Notes: generated by a model from the letters alone, not told the origin. Shown: positions 42,900 to 52,437, numbered from the stretch's first letter. The stretch: 64,000 nt of DNA from Promethearchaeota archaeon (GCA_016840085.1 JAEOTA010000014.1:1-64000); one strand, 5' to 3'. A program made the numbers and translations.

Positions 42900-44204
42900 T
42901 TAAACAAAAATTGCGGTTAAAATCATTAAGTAGATCGCTGCTAGTCCAATATGTATGAAAGCAAAAATAGCTCCAGTAATAAGTAAGCGTTTATAGTTTA
43001 GATTATCTACACCTGAATCTTGAGCAATTTTTAAAGTCATCATATCACAAGCAGCACCTTGAGGAATAATATTTCCCCCAAGATTTATACCAATTATAAA
43101 AGCAAATAATAAAGGGACTGATTCAAAATTAAAAGGGGCTGCCATTAATGTCATGATTATGGTACTAAAAATTAATGCAGTTGGAGTATTCGCAACAAAC
43201 CCACTCACAAAACTTATAATTATTAAAATCAAGAATGATAAGAGTATTGGATTCAATTCTTGAAAAGGTAAATTTGCAAAAATTTCGGTAAATCCAGCTT
43301 GAACTAAACATTCTATAACTACGTACAGTGAAATAAAGAAGAATATTATTTCCCATTCAATATCTTTTAAAAGTTCACTCATAGGTTTTTTAGTAAACTT
43401 CCTATTGACTAGGACTAAAATTAAAGTCGAAACAACAGCAGTTAAATATAAAGGCACAGGTAATGCAACAAATAAAATAATCGTTATAATAATAGCTATG
43501 CTATTAAGATAAAACATCTTTTTATTTTTTATCATAACATCTGTGTCTATTAAATCTATGACAAATCTCTTCTGTTGTTCCTCTATTTTTGGTTCTTTTG
43601 AAAGAATAAACCTATCTAATAAAAATATGGTTAAAAAAAGTAGTAAAAATGAAAAAATCCAAAAATATTGAATAAAGTAAAGTGTATCAAGGTTAAAAGC
43701 CGTTGAGATGATAATATTTTCCCCACTTGAAAACGGAGTAATGATTGATCCAATATTTATACAGATTGTCATTCCTAAAAGATATGTCCCAGATCTTATT
43801 TTTAAGAAGTTACAGAGACGGATTACAATAGGCGCTAATATTAACACGACAACAACATCGCTTATAATAGCTGCTAATAGTGTTGTTATTATACATAGAA
43901 GCCAAAAGAAGATTCTTTGATCTCCCTTTGATATTTTAAAAAGTTTCACGGCAACATATTCTAAAATATTAGAATCCTGAGCAATTTTTGTTATAATGCT
44001 CATACTTAATATTATAATAATTGCGGGCCATTCAATACTAATAATAAATACTTCTAAATCTGTTCCCTTTACCAAAAATGTAATTGAAGCCGCTATAAAA
44101 CAACATAAAAGGGAGATCGCGACGAAATCTAGATTGGGTCTCGTATAACTTAGAATAATAATTCCGAAAATAACAAATATTATTATTAATAATACAAGAT
44201 CCAT
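42900..44204 (-). CDS. ArsB/NhaD/SLC13-family permease
   Basis: About 12 TM segments, NIGS.ITPF, SGFVANTP, NLGGN. Confidence 0.85.
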   Translation of the reverse strand: MDLVLLIIIFVIFGIIILSYTRPNLDFVAISLLCCFIAASITFLVKGTDLEVFIISIEWPAIIIILSMSIITKIAQDSNILEYVAVKLFKISKGDQRIFFWLLCIITTLLAAIISDVVVVLILAPIVIRLCNFLKIRSGTYLLGMTICINIGSIITPFSSGENIIISTAFNLDTLYFIQYFWIFSFLLLFLTIFLLDRFILSKEPKIEEQQKRFVIDLIDTDVMIKNKKMFYLNSIAIIITIILFVALPVPLYLTAVVSTLILVLVNRKFTKKPMSELLKDIEWEIIFFFISLYVVIECLVQAGFTEIFANLPFQELNPILLSFLILIIISFVSGFVANTPTALIFSTIIMTLMAAPFNFESVPLLFAFIIGINLGGNIIPQGAACDMMTLKIAQDSGVDNLNYKRLLITGAIFAFIHIGLAAIYLMILTAIFV

Positions 44205-44386
44205 TCTAATTTAAAGTGATATTTGTAGAATTAATTAATATTGTAAATAAACAGCGTTTAATAAATCTAATTAAAATCTATAGCTTTTAATTTTAAGGTA
44301 AATACGTTAACGAATTTAATGAATTTGATAATTTCTTTTTGTTAATTCTTTTTACTAATTAAAAATTTGAAAATGTTAATCGAAAA

Positions 44387-45232
44387 TTATTTTACTAAGA
44401 AAAGTTTGATCAGAAAAATGAATAAATTCAAATCGTTTAAGAGATTAAAATTAGATAAAATATAGTCAAAAATATTTTCTTCAATAAAATATTTTAAACA
44501 TGTATAAAAGCCTTCTTCTTCTTTGAGGATTTCAACTATTGTTTTAATTAAGTTTATCAATTGTTTTTCAACAACAAACATATCACAGTTCATGGGGTTG
44601 ATATTAATCACGTTAACACCAGTCTTTCTCTGAAAATTAATTTTACATAATTCTGGATTTCTCTTCACAATTTCGAGTTTTTCATAATTTTTAAACATTT
44701 TTTCTATTTTTTTATAGATTTGATTTTTTTTTTTCGCGGATAAATGGCCTTCAATGACATTAATCACTAAATTTAATATTTGTTGAAAAATCCCTAACAT
44801 ATCAAAAAATTCAGCTATAGTTGTAACACTTTCTGCTTGTTTCCATTGGGTATAATATTCATCAATAACCTCTTCAAATGGTTTGTAGAGTTCTACATTA
44901 CCTGCCCATTTACTCCCCCAACGATTCTTTTCATGAGCATATTGCTGTATAAATGTGTGTCGTATTACGTCTAAACGAGCTCTTAATATATCTCCACTTA
45001 CTTCTTTAGAATCTGCACCAATAAATAATAAATTAGTGTCCTTATCTTGGATATAAGCCCATCTTAAGCCACCCATTTCAATGGAATCAATGCCTTGCTT
45101 GAACTCCACTATTGTAAACTGATTCAAGGCAGTTAATAAACCAGAAACTAGATCTTCATTTACAGGGAAATCCATATATGGTTTATAGACTAATGTTATT
45201 CCAGAGTCAGACTCAAGTACCCAAATATTCAT
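44387..45232 (-). CDS. Longin-like domain protein
   Basis: N-terminal SGITL...EDLVSGLLTALNQF...IDSIEMG pattern typical of Asgard longin domains. Confidence 0.7.
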   Translation of the reverse strand: MNIWVLESDSGITLVYKPYMDFPVNEDLVSGLLTALNQFTIVEFKQGIDSIEMGGLRWAYIQDKDTNLLFIGADSKEVSGDILRARLDVIRHTFIQQYAHEKNRWGSKWAGNVELYKPFEEVIDEYYTQWKQAESVTTIAEFFDMLGIFQQILNLVINVIEGHLSAKKKNQIYKKIEKMFKNYEKLEIVKRNPELCKINFQRKTGVNVININPMNCDMFVVEKQLINLIKTIVEILKEEEGFYTCLKYFIEENIFDYILSNFNLLNDLNLFIFLIKLFLVK

Positions 45233-45324
45233 TTTTCAACCTAAACCTACTAAAAAATCTCCATGATAAATTAAAATTGAATCTTAAATAATTTCTTCTA
45301 TTTATAATAAATGATTATTATCTA

Positions 45325-45813
45325 TTATAGATCACTAAGAGAATTTACTTTTAACCAACGTTCTAATTTTCTTAATATTTCTGTTATTTTAGTTCTTAAA
45401 GTAAGTTCTGCAGCATTTTTTCCAATTAAATTTAGAAAGTCACTACTTAACGTAAAACTTTTAATAAAAACGCCAATTTTTGATTTAGTTGGAGTTAATG
45501 TCTTAATTCTTAAATGACCCTCTAATTCTCTAACATCTTTATTATTTCTAACGTTCAGTTCAATTAACCGCCCTTTCCCTTCAGATTGTTCCCCTTTATC
45601 TTGTAAAACTAATTCTCCTTCCATTTCAACAGGAATTTTAACAATCTCATCAAATATTTTATTATATAATACATTGGGAGCAATGAATTTTGCTTCCATT
45701 TTTTTAGTGGGATTAGTAATTATCCAAAACTCTTCTTTATACAGTGCTCTAATAAAATCCTCCTTATTACAATTCTCTATTTCTACAACCTTTGAGATTA
45801 TGTTTACACTCAT
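45325..45813 (-). CDS. Hypothetical protein (possible SRPBCC/START-like fold)
   Basis: 162 aa, beta-rich with long C-terminal helix; fold is a guess. Confidence 0.65.
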   Translation of the reverse strand: MSVNIISKVVEIENCNKEDFIRALYKEEFWIITNPTKKMEAKFIAPNVLYNKIFDEIVKIPVEMEGELVLQDKGEQSEGKGRLIELNVRNNKDVRELEGHLRIKTLTPTKSKIGVFIKSFTLSSDFLNLIGKNAAELTLRTKITEILRKLERWLKVNSLSDL

Positions 45814-46053
45814 GAAAATCTAATCTCACTCTTATGTACTTAAATAATTAATATCTAGAAAACTTATAATTGTTTATATCTTTCTTCCCTTGTTTAATAT
45901 TTCTAATTATTAATAGTCCAACATTAAGAAATGCCTCAGTCTTCCTCTGATTTAATCATTTTTAAACATAAATCATAACTTAGGTATTTTCATCATAGGC
46001 ATATAAATAATTAAAAAAATAGGAATGTTTATACAAATAAATTAAGTTAATAC

Positions 46054-46275
46054 TTACTCATAGGCTAACCTAAATAATCTACTTTTATCTAAGTCATTCT
46101 CTTCTTTACATTTAGGGCAAATCCAGATCTTATCATTTTTTTTAACTGAATTAATACAATCATGACAGATTGCAATATCACATATACAATAATAAGTTCT
46201 ATCCATAGAATCTTTGCAACTCTTACCGCAAGTAAAACAAATTGGTGGAGTTCGTGTCATTTTTAACTTAAACAA
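46054..46275 (-). CDS. Stand-alone C4C4 RING-type zinc finger protein
   Basis: C-x2-C-x13-C-x-C-x4-C-x2-C-x12-C-x2-C. Confidence 0.75.
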   Translation of the reverse strand: MFKLKMTRTPPICFTCGKSCKDSMDRTYYCICDIAICHDCINSVKKNDKIWICPKCKEENDLDKSRLFRLAYE

Positions 46276-46352
46276 TTTATTTATTTTTTTCTATATTATA
46301 CTTTTAATTCTAAGTAATATATTACTTTAATTATTAAATATAAGTTTATAAT

Positions 46353-46547
46353 ATGGATAAAGTAAGATCAGGAATTCGATTATTAGCATTATTTAGCATT
46401 TTTTTTATTTATAAAGCAATTACAGGAATAATTGAAAATAATACTAATGAAGTTATTTTATGGTCATTAATTACTGTTGTTTATATAATTTCACTTGTAA
46501 TATTGTATTTTGTGGTTAAGAACTGGGAAAATGAACAAAAACTTTAA
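46353..46547 (+). CDS. Small two-TM membrane protein
   Basis: 64 aa, two hydrophobic segments. Confidence 0.65.
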   Translation: MDKVRSGIRLLALFSIFFIYKAITGIIENNTNEVILWSLITVVYIISLVILYFVVKNWENEQKL

Positions 46548-46550
46548 CCA

Positions 46551-46829
46551 TTATTTCTTTTTCTTCAAAAACCCTGGAATCATTCCATCAAGACCAAGAT
46601 TCTTCAAAATAGTATCTCTTACATTCATCTGAATTGTTAAATCTGACATCATTTTCATGGCATCCTCTAATGCTTTTGAGAAATTTTCACTCGCCTCTTT
46701 TATGGCTTGGGAAGTTGAATTTAAGGATTCCCTAATAGCAAGATTGGTCTCATGTAATTCTTCTGTTAATTTTTCCATGCTATTTCGCATTTCAGAAAGT
46801 TCATTTTTTAACTCTTTTATTCCAGCCAT
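46551..46829 (-). CDS. Small coiled-coil protein
   Basis: Heptad-like pattern, basic C-terminus. Confidence 0.7.
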   Translation of the reverse strand: MAGIKELKNELSEMRNSMEKLTEELHETNLAIRESLNSTSQAIKEASENFSKALEDAMKMMSDLTIQMNVRDTILKNLGLDGMIPGFLKKKK

Positions 46830-47150
46830 TTTTTTCCATTATTCTCGTTGTTAAGCTAAATAAATATTTAATATTTATTAAAATTATCAACTAGCATAGA
46901 ATATGTAAGGTTTCGCTTTTAAAAATTTATTATTTGTAGATCTCCCTTAAATTTATATGGTATTTTCAGAATTATTTTTATAAACTAAAATGATAAATTT
47001 TTATTTTAGTTGTAAAGACTTTACATTTACATCAATAGAATTTTCATTTCTAATTTAATACTTCATACTCCATTCTTATTATTAATAACAATAATATATT
47101 TATTTCTTTGATAGATTTTAAATATAAAAACATAAAAACAGATTAAAATT

Positions 47151-47291
47151 ATGTCAGAATGGAAAGAAAAATTAGACAGTTCAAAAAAAGACGAATTCTT
47201 TTGCACAGGATGAGGTATAGTTGATGGAATTATTCGATGTATTAAAAATATCAAAATTAGACACCATAAGAAAAGAATTTCAAAAAATTAA
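47151..47291 (+). CDS. Candidate micro-selenoprotein 1 (CxxU), 46 aa
   Basis: MSEWKEKLDSSKKDEFFCTG-UGA(47211)-GIVDGIIRCIKNIKIRHHKKRISKN-TAA; TATA-like TTTAAATA about 30 nt upstream. Confidence 0.6.
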
Positions 47292-47295
47292 AACA

Positions 47296-47363
47296 AATCT
47301 CAAGGATTAGATTTAAAAAATATTAGGAACTAATCCTATGAATTCAGCCAAGAATTCGAGATT
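47296..47363 (+). ncRNA. Conserved 3'UTR structured element, copy 1 (SECIS-like candidate)
   Basis: AATCTC/GAGATT closing stem; AGGATTAG/CTAATCCT stem with AAAAAATATTAG loop; GAATTC/GAATTC hairpin. Confidence 0.55.
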
Positions 47364-47521
47364 ATATCTTATTGTTTCACTTTTTTATATTAAATTAATA
47401 AAAGTTAAACCGTTTTTATAAAAAATTCACATTCTGATAGTAGCTTCTATTATTTATAATCGCTACCCTTTTTTCTTTAGGATACTTCAAAAGATTAGAA
47501 CATTAAAAGGTGTTTGTTAAA

Positions 47522-47665
47522 ATGGCTGAACAGAGAGATTATATTGATATTGATTATGACGAAAACTGTTATAATTCCAGTTGATCTTTTATTGATATGT
47601 GGTATCGAAGAGCACGCAAACTCAAAAAATTAAAAGAAAAACAGAGTAAAACAAATAATAAATAG
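47522..47665 (+). CDS. Candidate micro-selenoprotein 2, 47 aa
   Basis: MAEQRDYIDIDYDENCYNSS-UGA(47582)-SFIDMWYRRARKLKKLKEKQSKTNNK-TAG; AGGTG SD at 47508. Confidence 0.55.
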
Positions 47666-47729
47666 AATCTCAAAAAATTAAATCAAAAATGGTAGGATTT
47701 AATTCTAAGTTCTGCGTGAACAAGAGGTT
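47666..47729 (+). ncRNA. Conserved 3'UTR structured element, copy 2 (SECIS-like candidate)
   Basis: AATCTC/GAGGTT closing stem; AATTAAATC/GATTTAATT stem with AAAAATGGTAG loop; GTTC/GAAC hairpin. Confidence 0.55.
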
Positions 47730-47759
47730 TAATGATTAAAAATTAATTTTTTATTCTTT

Positions 47760-49145
47760 TTATGAGGGTATATGTGTTGGCGTATTCGATCCTTCTCCAA
47801 CTTTCCTATAAGTGAATCCCTTTTCCTCAACCAATTTTTTCTTAAAGATATTTCTGCCATCAATAATAATAGGTGTTTTCACTTTACTCTTTAAATCATC
47901 AAGATCAATATCATAATACTCACTATGGTTTGTGGCAAAAATGAGAACGTCAGCTCCAGAAACAGCTTTATTAAAGTCATTCGTTAATTCTGTGGCGTTG
48001 TAATCTCGCGGTTTCACATAAGGATCATGCGCAATAAATGTTATGTTGTGAGAATGATACCTATTTTTTAAGAATTTAACAATATTTTCAGTTGGTGTAT
48101 TACGAGTGTCATCTGTATTTGCCTTGTAAGAAATCCCTAATAAAGTAATTTTGATATTGTCTACTACTTTGCGTGATTCTCTAAAAGTATCTTCCATCAA
48201 TTCTATTATATGACGAGGCATGAAATCATTCAAATCTCTTGCTTTTAGCAAAATATCAGAGTTGAATTTATGTTCCGTGTATGTGCGATGACCATATTCG
48301 AGTAAATGAGGATCCTTTGTAAGACAATGACCTCCTACGCCTGAACCAGGATAATGCATCATTCGATCATCCCTTTGGTTAATTAATTCTATAATCTCAA
48401 ATATATTTCTATTAAAGTCTTCACATAATAACGCCATTTCATTTGCAAAAGCTATGTTAACATCCCTATAAGTATTTTCAATACATTTAGTTAATTCGGC
48501 TGTTAATGTATCAGTTACTCTTAATTCCTTCTTGACTACCTTTCCATATAAGAATTTTGCTCTATTATTTGCTTCTTCACACCCTCCTCCAATTACTCGT
48601 TCCATATCAGTTATATATTCGAGTAATTTCCCAGGCATAAGGCGTTCGAATGAAAATACTAGATAAAAATCCTCTCCTCTCTTTAGCCCACTTCCTTCCT
48701 CTAATATCGGTTGTACAATATTATTAGTTGTGCCCGGTGCTACTGTGGATTCAATTATAATCGTAGTTCCTTTTTTATTATGTTTAGATATTTCTTTAGA
48801 AACCTCTTTTAATGATTCGTATCTAGGAACTTTAGAATCTAGGTCAACAGGGGTCTGTACGTCAACTAGAATAAAATCTGCATCATCCACATCATCATAT
48901 TTGTCAGTAACCTTCAATTTTCCATTTTTTGCAACTCTAGCTATTAATTCATCTAAACCTGGCTCCTCTCCCTCAAAAGGATTCTTTCCACTATTGAGCC
49001 AATCAATCTTCCAACCTGATCTTTTTGATCTACGCTGAATTCCAGTAACATAAAAATTATCAACATCAGCTAATAATGCTGCCATTGGTATACCTACATA
49101 CCCCATGCCGATAACAACTATATTAGTTCTATCCATTTTAACCAC
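47760..49145 (-). CDS. Nucleotide-sugar dehydrogenase (WecC/WbpA family)
   Basis: GMGYVG, ESTVAPGTT, ENTYRDVNIA, GVGGHCL, YKANTDDTR. Confidence 0.93.
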   Translation of the reverse strand: MVKMDRTNIVVIGMGYVGIPMAALLADVDNFYVTGIQRRSKRSGWKIDWLNSGKNPFEGEEPGLDELIARVAKNGKLKVTDKYDDVDDADFILVDVQTPVDLDSKVPRYESLKEVSKEISKHNKKGTTIIIESTVAPGTTNNIVQPILEEGSGLKRGEDFYLVFSFERLMPGKLLEYITDMERVIGGGCEEANNRAKFLYGKVVKKELRVTDTLTAELTKCIENTYRDVNIAFANEMALLCEDFNRNIFEIIELINQRDDRMMHYPGSGVGGHCLTKDPHLLEYGHRTYTEHKFNSDILLKARDLNDFMPRHIIELMEDTFRESRKVVDNIKITLLGISYKANTDDTRNTPTENIVKFLKNRYHSHNITFIAHDPYVKPRDYNATELTNDFNKAVSGADVLIFATNHSEYYDIDLDDLKSKVKTPIIIDGRNIFKKKLVEEKGFTYRKVGEGSNTPTHIPS

Positions 49146-49280
49146 AGAGTTATTATTTTTGGTTGATTATTTTATCTTAATCCTAATTTAACTTCTTAAT
49201 AATTAGTAATAATTAATATAATTCATAATTCAAAAAATTTAGGAAAATAAAAAGAAATTAAAAATTAAATTATTGGCATT

Positions 49281-49930
49281 TTATTTTTTGTATTTAGGTT
49301 TTACAGCTTTGAAAATACTTGCTATTACGGCTCCTCCTATGAATCCTCCTACATGAGCAAAATGGGCAGTCTGTCCTATGCTTAAAGGGTCAAGAATCGA
49401 AACAATCGCATAAGTTAATTCAGCTACAAAGTATATTACAATAAAAACACCCGCACCCACTTTTCGCGCACCTACTCCCGATAGAACATTAAATTTATTA
49501 CCAGGATAAAGAATAGCATACACTGCCATAAGTCCAAAAATTGCTCCTGAAGCGCCTAAAGAAGGAATATCTGCTAAAAATGGGCCCCATACTGGAATAA
49601 TTATCGTACTTAAAGCGTGAAGTAAAGTACCACACAATCCTGAAACAAAGTAGGTAAATAAAAATAAGAAATGCCCCATAGAATGTTCACAATTATCTGT
49701 TATTACAAGGTAAAACCACATGTTCATGATTATGTGGACATTGATGTGATTAATGTCCATAACTTTTCCCCTGCAAAGAATTCAGAAGGAACAAAAGCAG
49801 CTTCGATATGCATTTGCCCAGCAGGATCCAAAAACTGTCAGATAAAGACAATTATATTTGCGATTAATATAAGTACAGAGAAATATTGCTTAAAAAATGG
49901 AATTTTATCAGGTTCAGCTTCATATACCAT
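49281..49930 (-). pseudogene. Rhomboid intramembrane serine protease, disrupted
   Basis: ATG 49930, in-frame TGA 49838-49840, then WTLITSM followed by a frameshift/deletion at ~49738; downstream HIIMNM, GASG and AHFAHVGG are intact. Confidence 0.8.
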
Positions 49931-50120
49931 TTTAATTAACTCTCTTTATTTTTTTTGAATAGAATTCAATATTAAAGATAAGTTCCTTAAAACTATTTAA
50001 AGGTTCTTCTAATACTTACTAAATTTAAATAATAAAAAGAAGAAGAAATAGTATGAAGTTAATTTCTAATAGAAGCTTCTTAAATTATAAAGATCGTTAA
50101 TAGAAAATAAACTGAGGTTT

Positions 50121-50510
50121 TTAATTCTTATTTTGCTCTAATAACTCTTGAATTGTTTTCAAAAGTTCTTTACCAGAAAAAGGTTTTGTAATATAGGCAT
50201 CAGCACCTAGTTTCTTTCCCTTTTGAACATCCTCATTAAAACTTTTCACTGTGAATAATACAACAAGGATATCTCTATATCTTTCATTATTCTTGATTTC
50301 CTCGAGAACGCTATAGCCCGATCGGCCTGGCATCATTATATCTAAGAGGATTAGGGCGATTTTTTCATAATTCTCTTCTACCATTTTCATTGCTTCTTTT
50401 GCATTATTACTTGTTATCGTTTCAAAATCTCCTAACTTTAAAAATTTCTCAGTGAGATTAACAATATCTGGCTCATCATCTACAATTAGGATCGTATTTT
50501 TTCCAGACAT
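50121..50510 (-). CDS. Stand-alone response regulator receiver (CheY-like)
   Basis: ILIVDDE, LLDIMMP, GADAYITKPF. Confidence 0.95.
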   Translation of the reverse strand: MSGKNTILIVDDEPDIVNLTEKFLKLGDFETITSNNAKEAMKMVEENYEKIALILLDIMMPGRSGYSVLEEIKNNERYRDILVVLFTVKSFNEDVQKGKKLGADAYITKPFSGKELLKTIQELLEQNKN

Positions 50511-50624
50511 AAGTAAACCCTAAACACAATTATTAGTCTTAGTTAAGAATAAATTTATTTAACTATTATATATTGATTTATGCATTTATATAAATGACCT
50601 TATTTTTTGCAATTGTGATAGACA

Positions 50625-51284
50625 TTGGTAAGAAAAAATAGACTCCCGAAATTTCCAGATGATTATATTGATGACAAAGCGGAAGAATATGATAGTTCAA
50701 GCTGGATGGAGCGCAATCAGAAGAGAGCCACTTTATTAAGTATTCAATATCTTTACGACGAAAAATTAAGTGGTAAGGCAGACAAGGGGGTAAATATAGG
50801 AGATTCCTACCTAATTTTAGACTTAGGATGCGGCACAGGATTTTCATCTGAAATTATGATTGAAAATGGATTTAGAGTAATTGGAATAGATATTTTAAGT
50901 GATATGTTATTAAAAGCAAGAGATAAGAAAAAAAAATTTGAAAATTATAAAAGTTTAGAATTAATATTAGCAGATATTAATTTTTTACCTATAAAGGGAG
51001 CCTCAATTGATCACATTATTTCAATTTCATCCTATAATTTTATAACGTATGGAAAAGACAACTACGGAGAAAGGATTAAGCTTCTAAATGATACAGCAAA
51101 ATATTTGAATAAGATTTTAAAGAAAAAAGGAAGAATTATTATTGAATTTTACCCTAAGAATGATAAGGAACTAAAGGTTTTTAAAAGATCATTTATAATG
51201 AATGGATTTGAAGGCTACATGGTGAAAAATAAGCCTTCTCAAAAATCAGGTCAAACCTATTTATTATTAAAGAAAATATCTTAA
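50625..51284 (+). CDS. Bud23/WBSCR22-like SAM-dependent rRNA methyltransferase
   Basis: ILDLGCGTG, ISIS, EFYPKND and GFEG..V...P...YLLL, matching Bud23 motifs from memory. Confidence 0.75.
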   Translation: MVRKNRLPKFPDDYIDDKAEEYDSSSWMERNQKRATLLSIQYLYDEKLSGKADKGVNIGDSYLILDLGCGTGFSSEIMIENGFRVIGIDILSDMLLKARDKKKKFENYKSLELILADINFLPIKGASIDHIISISSYNFITYGKDNYGERIKLLNDTAKYLNKILKKKGRIIIEFYPKNDKELKVFKRSFIMNGFEGYMVKNKPSQKSGQTYLLLKKIS

Positions 51285-51294
51285 AAATGGGAAA

Positions 51295-52437
51295 ATGGGA
51301 ACATGCAAATTCTGTGGTAAACTTGATAGGAATATCTCTGAAGTCCTACAAGTATGTAGGGCTTGTATTCTAAATGGAGATTGGGAGATAATTGAACCAC
51401 ATATTTTCCAAGTGCATAAACAAGTTCGGCAACTCGTTGATTTACCAGATAAACCTCCTAAAGCAGAACGACCAAATATTAAACTAAACTGCAATTACTG
51501 CATAAATGAATGTTCTCTTTCTGAAAATGATGTAAGTTATTGCGGATTAAGAAACATTCAAAGAAAGAACTCAGGGGAATTGCCATTTCCAACAAAATCA
51601 AAGGGTTATATTCATGGCTATATAGATCCAAATCCAACAAATTGTTGCAATGCTTGGTTTTGCCCCGCAGGAACTCCAGCAGGATATCCCGAATTCTCGA
51701 ATTATGAAGGCCCTGAATTTGGTACATACAGCTACGCTGCCTTTCTATATGGATGTACGTTTTCGTGTTTGTTCTGCCAAAATAGTAGCCATAAGCAATT
51801 TCAGAAGCGAAATCTATTTGATGGTGAAGCTTTAGCAAATCAAATAGTAAAAAATGAAAAGATTACTTGTCTATGCTATTTTGGGGGAACTCCCGAATCC
51901 CAATTACCGTTTTCTATTAACTTAGCAGAACTTATTTTAGAAAAAATGGAAAACGAAGATAAAAAGAGAAAATTCAGGATATGCTGGGAATGGAATGGAA
52001 GTGGAAGACAAGATTTAGTAGAAAAATGCATGAGACTCGCAATAAAAACAGGAGGAAATATTAAATTTGATTTAAAAAGTTTCAATGAGAAATTAAATTT
52101 AGCAATGTGTGGTGTCAGTAATAGTAGAACACTTGAAAATTTCAAATTTTTAGCGGAGAAGTATTTTGGAACTAGAGGGAAAGACATGCCAGAGATGAGT
52201 GCGTGTACACTGATGGTTCCCGGATACACTACTCAAGAAGAAGTTGAGCTGATTGCTGAATTTGTTAGTTCCATAAACGAAAATATTCCTTTTAGTTTAT
52301 TAATTTTTCATGGAGATTATCAAATGAGGGATTTAGGGATTACTCCTCGTAAGCAAGCGTTAAAAAGTTTTGAAGTAGCAAAAAAATATTTAAAAAATGT
52401 GAATTTGGGAAATAAATTTCTTTTAGGAATTGTTTAA
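51295..52437 (+). CDS. Radical SAM protein (PflA/AmmeMemoRadiSam-like)
   Basis: GCTFSCLFCQN CxxxCxxC motif, N-terminal Cys clusters, DLK. Confidence 0.88.
   Translation: MGTCKFCGKLDRNISEVLQVCRACILNGDWEIIEPHIFQVHKQVRQLVDLPDKPPKAERPNIKLNCNYCINECSLSENDVSYCGLRNIQRKNSGELPFPTKSKGYIHGYIDPNPTNCCNAWFCPAGTPAGYPEFSNYEGPEFGTYSYAAFLYGCTFSCLFCQNSSHKQFQKRNLFDGEALANQIVKNEKITCLCYFGGTPESQLPFSINLAELILEKMENEDKKRKFRICWEWNGSGRQDLVEKCMRLAIKTGGNIKFDLKSFNEKLNLAMCGVSNSRTLENFKFLAEKYFGTRGKDMPEMSACTLMVPGYTTQEEVELIAEFVSSINENIPFSLLIFHGDYQMRDLGITPRKQALKSFEVAKKYLKNVNLGNKFLLGIV

Noticed and set aside
47063-47254. 63-aa minus-strand ORF
   Set aside because: Antisense shadow of candidate micro-selenoprotein 1; the + frame has paralog and 3' element support
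49838-49840. In-frame TGA in the rhomboid gene as possible selenocysteine
   Set aside because: Lies at the end of a TM helix where Trp is plausible, the gene also has a frameshift, and there is no matching 3' element
51295-52437. Radical SAM enzyme as maturase of the UGA micro-peptides
   Set aside because: 3.6 kb away, separated by unrelated genes, and lacks an obvious SPASM/RRE architecture
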